Of a DNA stretch of 64,000 nucleotides, positions 52,916 through 64,000 are shown in pieces (within the stretch, counting starts at the first letter, position 1; every line of letters begins with the position of its first letter). The notes beneath the pieces are model-generated. The model had not been told where the DNA came from. It saw only the letters and a program-made list of their open reading frames with translations, and did not search any database. A program made the position numbers and the translations under genes. This stretch comes from Lytechinus pictus (Eukaryota): the NCBI RefSeq assembly GCF_037042905.1, contig NC_087250.1, positions 14,200,001 to 14,264,000 on the forward strand, in the 5' to 3' direction.

Positions 52916-55078
52916 AACTAGATTTTAATTCGTCATGCGGACGAATTAGGTGGTCTGTCATGATTTTTCATTCAGTGTCGGCTAATGTTGTATGGAATGA
53001 ATCACTTAGATATGAATGATAATCTTGATCATAGACATCATAGGAATAAATTTTGACTATTGCTTAATGTGATTATTAATTTGGTGATGACAATCGCGGA
53101 TGATTATAATGATGGTGGTGATAATGCAAAACGGTAAATACGAAATGAAGTTTGGAGCACGTAAAACGCCTTAAAAACTCCTCAAAATTTTCAGACGATT
53201 TTACCAAAATTGGTTTTCCAAAATTGCGCAATGAAAGGCGCCTTCATTTTCACAGCAGCTAATTTTTAATCGACAGTACTTAAATGTTTTTTATGCAAAA
53301 TCTTTTGAAAAATTCTTTGTACTGTCAGCAATTTTTTAAAAAAGATTTCAAGCAAGAATTTTTACAATATCAGTGGGTATGAATTTCACAGAATATTTGA
53401 AAATTCATAGGTGATACTTTTTTAAAACTAAAATATCTTTAATATTTTCATTCCAAATTTCTGCTAAATTTCAATAATCTTTAATGAGAAGTTTTACAAT
53501 GCTACAATTTCACAGCATTCACTTCAATACAAATAAGTGATGTATTTGATAAAAGAATTAAGTAGAATTTTTTGGGTAAATGTTTGCAAAATTTCTGCAA
53601 ATTTCTAAACATTTCACATAATATTGTCCGTCAAGAATTTTCAATATCCATATATTAATTGTGTAAGACTTCGGCATTTACTTGAAAATTATTTCTTGAT
53701 GATTTTTGCTGAAAAACGTAAGGTAAAAGATTCAAATACTAGCGATTTTCCCGTAAAATTTCGGGAAAATGTGTAATTAACGAAATTGCTGAATTTTTCA
53801 TTTCACAGACGGTACCTGAAAATTTGTTATACGTAAAAGTTAGTAAAAATGACTTTAAAAAAAATCCAGGAATTTCCGCAAAAAGTCCGGAATGAAATTT
53901 TTCAACCCAATAGCGTCTCAATATAGCAGTGTTTCCTAAAAAATGCATAAATGATGTTTTACAATGTTAAGATTACCCCTTAAAAAGTTCAGGCAAAATT
54001 TCAAAAAATGTCCTACATAAAAAACCGCAAAGCAAGGGGGTTTGAAATTTTCAGCAAGACCGTCCAATTGATCAATAAAAAATGTCCTTAAAAAATTTCT
54101 CAAAAATTAGGTCCAGAAAAAAATTGAAAAAACTTAAACAAGTCATAACACATTAATGCTGTGGTCAAAAGTGAAAATTATTCCACGTTATTTGTAGAGA
54201 AATGTCTTCACTACATCATATCAAAATTTGGGAGAAAACTGACCAGTAATAACGAAGATACAATCAAATACGTTGACGTATGTTGCAAAAATATGTAATT
54301 TTCACTAATAACTTAATTTTGACGTAATTACGAAATCTCCAAATGAGATATTGACTATATCCAAGAGTGAGGAAAAATTGGGGGTCAACGGACTCCCTGA
54401 AGAGCTACAGTGAAATTTATATAGGCTTATTTTTGCCCATTTATGACTTATTTTGCGAGTTTGCACGCGCGAGTAATGCAAATTTGAATGGACGCGCATT
54501 CCCGTAGTATTGGTTGGAAGAGGCTGAGTGAGGTATCAAATTAATCAGAAGATAATGGACAATGGACAGACATAAAATAGATGGTGACTCAAAGATGCAT
54601 GCCGATGGTAGGTGCAAGAACGCGCACGCATACCTGTGCGCGCGCAAATTCTTGACATGCTCAAAATGACCTGAAACGTACCCAAACTTGACCACGGTCG
54701 ATTTGGGGAATTTTAAAATTTTGACGCGCACGTACGTGCGCGTCGTGACCTTTGCATGACCTCTGATGACATGTCCTGATGACCTGTCACCTGAACTTGA
54801 TATGATGCAAATATGAATGATTTTTTATGATTAGTTGCGATGATATGATCAATCATTTAATTTTACAAAATGGCGCCTAGATGACGTCATCATAATTTGA
54901 TAACCTTGAAAAGTTTCGTTTCCCATGTCCATAATGATGTCCATACATGACATGAAAATCAAGAAAATTGACATGCCCGATTTTTAGATAAAGGGACAAA
55001 GATTTGGCAATAAAAATGAAGAAAATTCCGACGAATATAAAAGGTGATCTGTCATATTCATGACAGACCACCTAATAA
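52916..55078. mobile_element. HINE-like element, family 3
   Basis: AACTAG start, hairpin AATTCGTC-atgcg-GACGAATT, sub-terminal TAGGTGGTCTGTCATG inverted with CATGACAGACCACCTA, which is part of a right-end hairpin. Confidence 0.75.
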
Positions 55079-55250
55079 ATAATTCTTGGAATCCAGTTTG
55101 CATGTAGATTTTGTTAGGTATGGCAAACCTCTATCAAGATTTCAGGTTGTTCTGAACAACCTTGAATATGTAAGTTAATAACAGGTATGTTGGTCTTGAT
55201 TTTGAAGACTTTCTCTAAATCTCTAAATGAAATAGGCTTATGGTAATTAC

Positions 55251-55326
55251 CTTGGTGTTGACAGTTCTGAAGCTTTTTGCCAGATTGTCGATGAGGTCTA
55301 TGACGGACAACCTCTCGCGAATGGTT
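55251..55326 (-). CDS. SAMHD1: SAMHD1 coding exon 3 (SAM C-terminal helix and linker), 76 nt
   Basis: ttAG / aagGTAATT boundaries; TIRERLSVIDLIDNLAKSFRTVNTK, ending in the K that precedes VFND as in SAMHD1. Confidence 0.85.
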
Positions 55327-56154
55327 CTAAGATATACGAGATATGTTGAACAAATAACAAAACAAAATCTAAGTGAGAACATGCACTTGCAGTCACACTT
55401 TCACTCCAATGCCCGCACGGTGAGTCAAAACCGGCCGTAATTATTTATATTTATTCAAAGCATCTAGATATAGCTGGTGCTGACTCGCCCTACGGCCACC
55501 GTATAGCGGAAATGTGACTGCGCAATGAGAAAATTTACAATTTGCACTGAAATCTTAACAAAAGCCATGCCTGTTCAAACTTCATACATCTTTCATTAGA
55601 AGAATAGGTTGACTGAATTCTTATATCATTTGAATATTCATTATTATAATTTCTGCCATTATAGGTTTTTAAAATTGTAATGTAAATGCAGTTAGTTTTG
55701 TAAATGATTGTTTATGCAATATTATCCTTTAAATACCCAAAAGTCAATCGTATCCATTTGAGTATCATTACAGTACATTAGATTAAATAGAAATTCTCAT
55801 TTTTGTCTAATAAGCTATTAAATCATTTGGATACCACGTCTACAATTCAATTACAAAGAAAGAGCAAATCAAGACGGTACTATACATATAACAGGTAACT
55901 TCCCTTAAGTCTAGTCTCTTTGACGAATAGAAATGAAGTTGGATTTTAGTCAGAAATTATAAACCTTTGAATAATGTGGTCCGTAAACATTATTACTATT
56001 TAGGATTATCAGTCTTATGAAAGGTAAACGTGTGCAAGTTTAACTGTCTAAAAAAATAGTTCACAATATTTCATGAAGTAAAGAGGCTGCATTGAAGGTG
56101 CTGAAAAATTATTTATTATATTTTGAGTACACTTCAAATCTCCTTTATACTCAC

Positions 56155-56221
56155 TTTACTCCCATGACTTTCAGCGTTTCATCAGTAATCCGCAATAAAT
56201 TACTTCCTTTGATGTTATTAC
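56155..56221 (-). CDS. SAMHD1: SAMHD1 coding exon 2 (SAM domain), 67 nt
   Basis: catAG / GTGAGT boundaries; (R)NNIKGSNLLRITDETLKVMGV(K) fits the SAM core; phases 1 and 2 join both neighbours in frame. Confidence 0.88.
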
Positions 56222-57058
56222 CTATGGTGATGAGGATATGAATCATACATTGGACCAACTTTACATGGTGAACTAAAATAAATGTATGATGGATACTATT
56301 CTATCAAGCGACATTTAAATGTTACACATTTAAGTTGTATTACACAATCTCATTTTCTGATCATTAAACATTATTTGTTTTATTGGCAATGAAATAAAAA
56401 TAACGGATACGAGGATTGTCATACATAATGTATAAATAAGTATACAGTCTTTTATTTTGGCATTATAATAGCTTTAATTTATAAAAATGGCCCTTTGTGT
56501 TGTTCTCTTCTTATTGTATACTCTGCATAATTATGTTTATTATGTTTGTATTCATGTTGTTTGGAACGCTCACCGAGAATTCAAGAAAAAATACTGAAGA
56601 TGTAAGTTTAACCTCAATCCATTGAATCTAAAATAAGGACAACAGTATGCCAATAACTGATGGAGCCACCCTACTAAAAAAAGACTAATAAATATATAAG
56701 AATAAGGACAGGGATTTGAAATGTCATTCATATTGGGAATTCCAACACGCTGGTCATTAGGAAATAAAACACGTCATTTCATTTTATTTCATTTCTTTCC
56801 ATATTCAATTAAGAACAAACAATCATTACCATTAATTGCAGTTATCATTATAACTTTAATCAGGGCTTAAATTATTCAAATGCCATGTCCAGCCTTGGGT
56901 TCCCTATTGACTCTCTTTGACGCCCATCTTATTGCTTTTGATATTTCCCTTTTTTTGTCCTAATTGTGATACAATTCACAAATGTGCCTTATGGCAAAGT
57001 TGTATTGCCCTGAAATAAAATGTAAAGCCTATTCTATGCAAAAAGACCTAAGACTTAC

Positions 57059-57167
57059 GCTCGAGGATAATTCCCTCTTTAGATAAGTCATTCTTCGTGA
57101 AGTATTTTCTAACATCCTCAGGTGTCCAACTCTGCAACTGGTGAAGCTGAATACCATCATCCGACAT
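57059..57167 (-). CDS. SAMHD1: SAMHD1 coding exon 1 (start codon, SAM domain N-terminus); full exon 57189-57059
   Basis: Acceptor tttatttctgccAG, Kozak-like caccATG, MSDDGIQLHQLQSWTPEDVRKYFTKNDLSKEGIILE, donor GTAAGT (phase 1). W-x-x-x-D-V is a typical SAM helix-1 motif. Confidence 0.85.
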
Positions 57168-58221
57168 GGTGACAAGGTCTTGCAAATGTCTGGCAGAAAT
57201 AAATAGATACTTGGTTATTATCCCAAAACTAATAAAAGATATCAAGTGCAGTAATATGCAACGATATGGGAAGGTCCTGCCTTCCCATCCTCACAACTGA
57301 ACAGCAACGATATTTCAACACCCCCCCTCCCCCGCCACCTCCACAACGCTTGTCCTTCCTGTTTTCCCGGATTTGCCACAAATTATATTATTTATCGGAT
57401 TAACGACCCTTCGGAATAACGAACTTTTTTTTTCATTTTCGGTTTAACCAACCTTCCGAATAACGATCTTCATTTCGTTTTCGGACTGACGACCCTTCGG
57501 AATAACGAACGAAACCCATTTTACTTATAGTATGGCAAGGCACATTAAAGTCCATGCAGTGCCCCTCATCAGCACATTTGCTTATCTGCGCGATTCTGAT
57601 AAAAAGACCACAAACTTTCCAACTGCAAAACATAGATCTTTCACTAAATAAAATCAACCACAGGTTTTTATCCAAGAAAATCATATATTTCTCTCAAATA
57701 TTTATGAGAGTTTCGGCACACTTACTCACAAGAATGTAAGTATGGGGACTACAATTTCACAACACAGATTTGTCAAGCAGGTTTGTGCTGAATGATGACC
57801 CCAAAATGGTCCACTTTTTGTTTATTTTTTTTTCAATGCAAATCCGACAAATCCTGGTTAGGTTTCATTGAATGTTTGATATCATGGATTTTGACTGAGT
57901 AATAGAGCTTTTAACTCAGAAAGAAAGAAAGAAAGAAAGAAAGGAGGAAAGAGAGAGATAAATGAAATCAAAAGGAAGGATATAAATCAGAGAGAGAGAA
58001 GGGGATAGGGTAGACGGGGTTTTGAATAGGTAAACATGTGTGTCGGTGTAACTTAAGATGTGGATTCTGAGATGTTGGGAAAATGATAAATTGTTCGTTT
58101 ATACGCAAGCGCAGGGATGTTGGACTGACGTCTGTCGGGGAAAAAGACAAACTGTTGGCCCGACAGTTTGCCATTTTTCCGGGTCACGCAGGACTATTTC
58201 AACTGCTCTATGGAGGCTTAC

Positions 58222-58330
58222 CTTGTTCTTTGTCAAAATATCAATGTCAAAATGCATCGTAATTAAATTGTTGATTTTTTTTTCGCAATGCAAACGTGGG
58301 AAGCTCTCTGTACCGACAGTGATCAGAATG
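58222..58330 (-). other. Candidate non-coding first exon (5' UTR) of SAMHD1
   Basis: The ATG exon has a splice acceptor, so an upstream exon is needed. A strong AAG|GTAAGC donor lies at 58222/58221 in apparently unique sequence; the 5' limit is a guess. An alternative donor exists near 57725. Confidence 0.3.
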
Positions 58331-58934
58331 ACCCATTTTAATTAGGACTGAAACTTAAAAAAATTCCAGCTCGCGCTTCGCGCTCGCATCATTTATTTAA
58401 TGGGAACCATGTCCTATCAACATTTTCCTTCATGTTGGACAGAGTTGGTCAGTGTATCAAAAATTACCGCTCGCGCTTCGCGCTCGCATAATTTGTTTAA
58501 ACACACAGTTTGTTCAGTCACATAATGCGGTATCTTAGTTTGTTCTTTATATAAAAAATTGATAAAATGTTAATTTTTTTAGTAAAAATATTAAAAGTTG
58601 GCAGCTTGCGCTTCCGTACCGACAGTGATTATTATGTCCTTGTTTTAGGTCTAAATCTCTAAACCTTTTTTTTCAGCTCGCGCTTCGCGCTCGCATCATA
58701 ATTTAGTGAAATCCATATCCTTTTGGGAAGTGCTTGAAATTATTATTTTGGGGTCAGTAGATTAAAAAAGACATCAGCTCGCATTTTGTGTAATGATATA
58801 CGTTACAGCTTGTCCAGTTACTAACGCGGAATCCGAGTTTGTTCTTTTTATAAAAACGTGTAAAAATTATAAATTTCAAGTATGTATATATATATATATA
58901 TACATGTACATATATATATATATATATACAGTAC

Positions 58935-59066
58935 GTATCAAGAACACTTTATGCAAGAGCTAGAAAACACAGACTGGTCTGAAATCTACACTATAGAAAA
59001 TGCAAATGATGCCTTTGAATCATTCATGAGCATACCATCTTCTAAGATGGATCATTGTTTTCCTGT
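58935..59066 (+). mobile_element. Short internal CR1/L2 ORF2 fragment between (TA)n tracts
   Basis: FMQELENTDWSEIYTIENANDAFESF..MDHCFP matches the EN-RT linker pattern also seen at ~8410-8530. Confidence 0.6.
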
Positions 59067-59076
59067 ATATATTATG

Positions 59077-59119
<43 letters not shown>

Positions 59120-59809
59120 CAAAATACAAGGTGAATAAAACAACCGTAGATAGAAAAGTTGATCAAATTTTCGCCCATAGGGCTTCATCAGGAAATGATG
59201 AATTTATTAGTCAACAGCACCAAGAAACGCAGTGCGCAAAACGCAAAGCGTAAAAAACAACGCACTAAGAGGTAAGACGCGAAGCGCAACAGTACAAAAG
59301 AAAAGAGAGAGAGAAAGAGAGAAAAAAAGAAAAAAGAAAGAAAGGGGAAGGGAAAAAAGGGGAAGGGAAAAAAAGAAGAAGAAAGAAGAAGAAAGCCGGG
59401 GAGACAAAAGGAAGAGAGAAAAGGGAAAAGGAAAACGACTAGAAAAAAGGAGAGAGGGAGAGAAGGGGGCAAAAATAGAGGACAGCTGGGGAGAAAGAAG
59501 TAAGAGAAGAAAAAAAAAAAAAATAAAGGGAAGGACAACAGAAAGAAAGGAAGAAAACAAGAAAGGGAAACAAAGAGAGAAAGAGAGAGAGAGGGAGTGA
59601 AAAGAAATCAAACCACGGGAAAGGAGTGGAAAGACACATTCATTCCATCAGGTTGGAGAGAGCCGAGAGAGTGGATGAGGCGTTCGTCCTTCTCTTTCCT
59701 TATCCCATCTGAACGAAAACCAGTCAGAAGAACGCACACCTTGAAGTACCCGATGTTATGGTCAGGTTGGGTAAAATGATGGGCTACCGGCAACCCTGCT
59801 GACTCGATC

Positions 59810-59858
<49 letters not shown>

Positions 59859-59961
59859 AATTTCCGAACAACTGGGAGTTTTCACTATATTTTTACATGA
59901 GCGTGTAGGTAATTTATAAGCTACCCTTTGAATGAATGTTACGAACGTATTTTATGTTATG

Positions 59962-61208
59962 CAACCGCGTAGCCAGGATTTAGTTTTGGAGGGGGCGGTA
60001 AGTGCACTCGAAGGGACGAAGGGGTAGGATGCAGGGAGGGGGAAGTCCCCCCCCCCCCTCCCTCGCGAAGCGCGAAGTTTTTTATATCCCATCAAATTCA
60101 AATAAAAAGAAGGCGTCTCTAGCGTCTCTAATACCCTTTTCAACTCGAATATTGAATTGCTGTGATTTAAAAAAAATTGTTTTCGAAAGAAATTATGAAC
60201 GCCCCCCCCCCCCCAAATGGGAAAAGATTGGAGAATTTGAAATAATTCATCTTTCCGCGCGAAGCGCGGAAGCTTAAAGCGTTGTATAGAAAAAAGAGAA
60301 CAGAAATTAGATGAAATATAGTAGAAGATGGGTATATACAGAAAAATAGAGGCGAATGGCGTTGAAGCTCTGATTTTTAGAAATTTATCTGAAAATTTAA
60401 CCTGTTCTAATTTTGATATTTCTTGGATTATATACAACTCGATAAAAAAAGAAGCTCAACATGCAAAAGGGATGATGCTAGCTAGAAGATGGACTTTTAC
60501 TTTCCTATGCTCGCGAAGCACGGAAACCTGTGATTTATTTTGAAAGAAAAAAATTCGCTCATATTAAGCGCCTCCTTTTGTTTAAGAAAGATCAGTGATA
60601 TTCAAAATTTCAAATCAATGACGCAAAACAAGACAGGAGATGGATGTGCAGCGATATAGAATAAAGTTTAATATGGTACATACGTTTGCATATAGCACGG
60701 CACGAATTTATTTTCTCCCCCTTTGAGCAGACACTTTGCCAAAAATTACTTGCTGAAAAGCGGAGGAACAAGCACTTGGGGATTCGGGAGTAAGGGTAGT
60801 GTTTACCCGCTCCGAACAGAAGAGCCAAAATTTTGTGCCAATGCATATAAAAAAAATACTTTTCGTACTCTATACACCCATGTATACCTTATAATTTCTG
60901 GCAAGAATATACAATTCCCACGGCCGGGAAGGGAAAAACGGAGTAGAAAAAAGGTGTGGAAAGAGAATGGCAATGTTAATATTTTTCCTGCAAATTTTTA
61001 GCATGAAGAGAGAAGAACGTCTCGTTTTGGTTGTTATTCTTTTGACCAAAAAAATAAGGTAAAAACAACAAAAGCTAAACCTTTTTTCCTTTTCTCCTTT
61101 TGATTTATCTTTTTCTCATTCTGCTCATTTTTTTTCTTTTTTTTTGAGCGTTTTTTTTTTTTTTTGGGGGGGCGACCGCCCCCCTCTCCCGCCCTGGCTA
61201 CGCGCGTG
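59962..61208. mobile_element. Non-autonomous hAT-like element with 8-bp TSD
   Basis: ATGTTATG-CAACCGCGTAGCCAGG ... CCTGGCTACGCGCGTG-ATGTCATG. Confidence 0.8.
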
Positions 61209-62619
61209 ATGTCATGCTTCAGTGAGCACCGCCAAAAGTCAAATTTGCCATTTTTTTAAAGTCACAAGCCAAATATCATGACTTTGATTCCATTTTGTTG
61301 GCACGAATTCCATATTCTCATCATGAAAAATCGTCAGAAGGCTTGTGAAAGGCGTCTAAAAGACGATCAAACTTTTTTGATATGAATAAACACAAGTAAA
61401 AATTTGCTACAATTTGATTTTTACACATTTCTGTCGGTATAATGATCAAATATGATGACATTTTTTTTAATTTGGGAAGAGTATTTTGAACAATATTCAT
61501 CATTTCACGGTTCAATGAACATTTATTGAAAACATAAAATATGATTTTCAAATATCAAAGGAAAGTATTGTTTCATTTTGGAAACTGAAATTATCTCATT
61601 TTGGGAACTGAAATTATCTTACCAATTTTTTCTTTATGTTCATGACCAATTAAAAAGCTCCAATGATTTAAAGGCCTTTAATAAAACATTCACGCTTGAA
61701 TGCACATTTGGAATGTGAATAGTTCTTTCTTACGTTATTGGAAAACAATGCAATTGCTAACTATGGATATCGGTCACAAACCTTCTTGCATAGTTCATTT
61801 GACTTAATTTTTATGAAAATCCCGATATCTAATGCTTCAGTGAGCACACAATATTCGAAAATTATTCAAATAAGAAGAAAGTTCAAGGCCTTGGCCCCAC
61901 TTTGTGCTGTATTGAATGATTATTTTGGTGTGCACACCTTTTGGATAGTGGCACTCTGAAGCCATGTGCGAAGTTTCATGAAAAAACTTAGGGCAGAAGT
62001 AACAAAAACACCCATGAAGCAAACCCTCTTTTCACTTTTGTTAAAATTTTGATTTCCTCTCCCATACACATTGTGTACACTATGGGTGCATATGTTTAAT
62101 AATAAATAATCCCTTATTCAAAATGGTGACACTTTTTTCAAAACTGTCTTTAGCAATGTCATTTGGCAGTAATGTTGATCAACTGTGGACAGAATTCTGT
62201 GCAAAAATGAAATTTATTTGTTTATTTATGGATGAGTGAACACGCATCAAAGGGGGGGGGGTTGACATTTTCAATGTCACAGACTGATTTTGAGGGGTTA
62301 TGAAATGAATAATGGGGGCAAATTCAGTTTAAACTGTGACTTAGTTGCTGTTTTTTTTTATCATCCATCATTTTCATCACCACACACGAATTTTTTACAC
62401 ATTCATGGTTAAGCGAGCACACTTGAAAACTTAGGAATTCATACTTTTTATATTGCATAGTGCATTCTTTTCCTAACAATTTTTAAGGATCAGTTTAATT
62501 TATGGACTAATGAGTGGTGAATCCAGAATTTGAAAATGGGGAGGGGGCCGAGGAATTAGGGGAGGGGAGCCACTAACATTTTCCAATTTTTTCATGCTTT
62601 CTTAACTTATAGACTATAG

Positions 62620-63285
62620 AGGATACTACTGTAAACCCCTATGATGATATGTTACAAAAAAAATTCTCACTGAACCATGAACATACTTTAACAAAATTTT
62701 GTGTGGAGTGGCTAAATGATGGATTATAAAATTTTGATAAACACCTCCAACATGGCCAAAGTTCATTGACCTTAAATGACCTTTGACTTCGGTCATGTGA
62801 CCTGAAACTCGCACAGGATGTTCAGTGATACTGGATTACTCTTATTTCTAAGTAATATGAATCAGATCCATAAACTTTCAAAGTTATGATGGTAATTCAA
62901 CTAATACCCCAAACTTGGCCAAAGTTCATTGACCCTAAATGACCTTTGACCTTGGTCATGTGACTTGAATCTCAGGCAGGATGTTCAGTAATATTTGATT
63001 ACCCTTATGGCCAAGTTTCATGAACTAGGTCCACATATTGTTAGTTCCCCCAACATGGTCCAAGTTCATTGAACCTAAATGGCCTTTTATCTTGGTCATG
63101 TGACCTGAAACTAAGGCAGGATGTTCAGTAATACTTGATTCCTTATGTTTAAGTTTCATGAACTAGGTCCATATACTTTCTAAGTTATACTGTCATTTCT
63201 AAAACTTAACCTTAGGTTAAGATTTAATGTTGACGCCGCCGTCGCCGTCGGAAAAGCGGCGCCTGTAGTCTCACTCTGCTATAAA
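62620..63285. mobile_element. Fourth family-2 HINE copy (right part)
   Basis: ~165-bp units plus gccgccgtcgccgtcggaaaagcggcgcc; terminal hairpin truncated. Confidence 0.75.
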
Positions 63286-63960
63286 ACAAAAACGTGTAAA
63301 AAAGTCAAAATGTCAAAGATTTTCATCTCGCACTTCGTGCTCGCATCATTCATTGGTACCCTCCTTTTTCTATAATTACCAAAGCTGCAAGGAATAACAA
63401 TTTAAAGTCTAAATCTAAAAATAAAAAAAATAAAAAAATAAATTTACCCCAGCTCGCGCTTCGCGCTCGCAGCATAATATAGTGAAATCCACATCCTCTC
63501 TACACGATTTCGTCATGTTGGACAGTGCTTAAAACGGGCTCTTTGGGGTCAGTAAATCAATTTTTTCAGCTCGCGCTTCACGCTCACATTCTGTTTATAG
63601 GGATACACAGCCTGTCCAATTACAGATGCAGAAACCGAGTTTGTTCTAAATAATAAGAACGTGTAAAAAAATTAAAATATCCAAAATTATCTTAATTAAA
63701 AAAACTGCAATGAATACCCGATTTTAAGTCTGAATTAAAAAAAGTAACCCCAGCTCGCGCTTCGCACTCGCATTTTTTGTTTGATTAGATACCCATCGTG
63801 TCCATGATATCAAAAAGTGTTTGCAATGTTCAATTTTCAGGTAGCAAGAGTCATTTAGTTCTATTCCCACCCTGTCCATGGTTACTCTCAGCTCGCTTGT
63901 TTTTCTGTTTTTTTTTTTTCAAAAACGTGCTTAACCGGTCTTATTCATGAGTCACAGCAA
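63286..63960. repeat. GCTCGCGCTTCGCGCTCGC-motif repeat family, homologous to 58365-58875
   Basis: cagctcgcgcttcgcgctcgc..tagtgaaatcca..ttttggggtcagta blocks are shared with 58670-58870. Confidence 0.65.
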
Positions 63961-64000
63961 ACAGTCATTTACAGGTGTTTTTTTTTTCAAATCGGTTAAT

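Noticed and set aside
55090..55222. Possible extra SAMHD1 exon just after exon 3
   Set aside because: It would need an intron of about 28 nt, contains stops, and exon 3 already joins exon 4 in frame (K|VFND).
59188..59639. Lys/Arg/Glu-rich or Phe/Leu/Ser-rich ORFs (also 11889-12167, 30456-30809)
   Set aside because: Low-complexity purine/pyrimidine tracts that lack stops by composition.
61572..61618. ISRE-like GAAACTGAAA in a 23-bp tandem duplication upstream of SAMHD1, and a kB-like GGGAATTCC at 56735
   Set aside because: Short motifs expected by chance in AT-rich DNA; the first probably lies in a repeat; no supporting evidence.

Overview
AT-rich eukaryotic DNA, probably an invertebrate deuterostome such as a sea urchin (inferred from repeat content). 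The only host gene I can support is a minus-strand SAMHD1 orthologue (SAM + HD-domain dNTP triphosphohydrolase), which the ORF track largely misses. Seven coding exons (57167-57059, 56221-56155, 55326-55251, 29088-28928, 28267-28152, 27220-27150, 13120-12968) splice in frame into 251 aa with intact allosteric and HD motifs; the 3' exons should lie left of the window. The introns are packed with nested mobile DNA: a 5'-truncated CR1/L2-type LINE, an internally deleted hAT with transposase remnant and 8-bp TSD, TTAA-flanked Kolobok-like MITEs, Tc1-like palindromic MITEs, three families of Helentron-associated (HINE/Tsp-like) elements (two with internal tandem repeats), foldback elements with tandem-repeat arms, and tRNA-derived SINEs. 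One 1.15-kb Transib/RAG-type element has a CACAGTG (RSS heptamer) terminus and a 5-bp GC-rich TSD. No CRISPR, rRNA or genuine tRNA gene was seen. Coordinates were counted by hand and family names were assigned without database searches.
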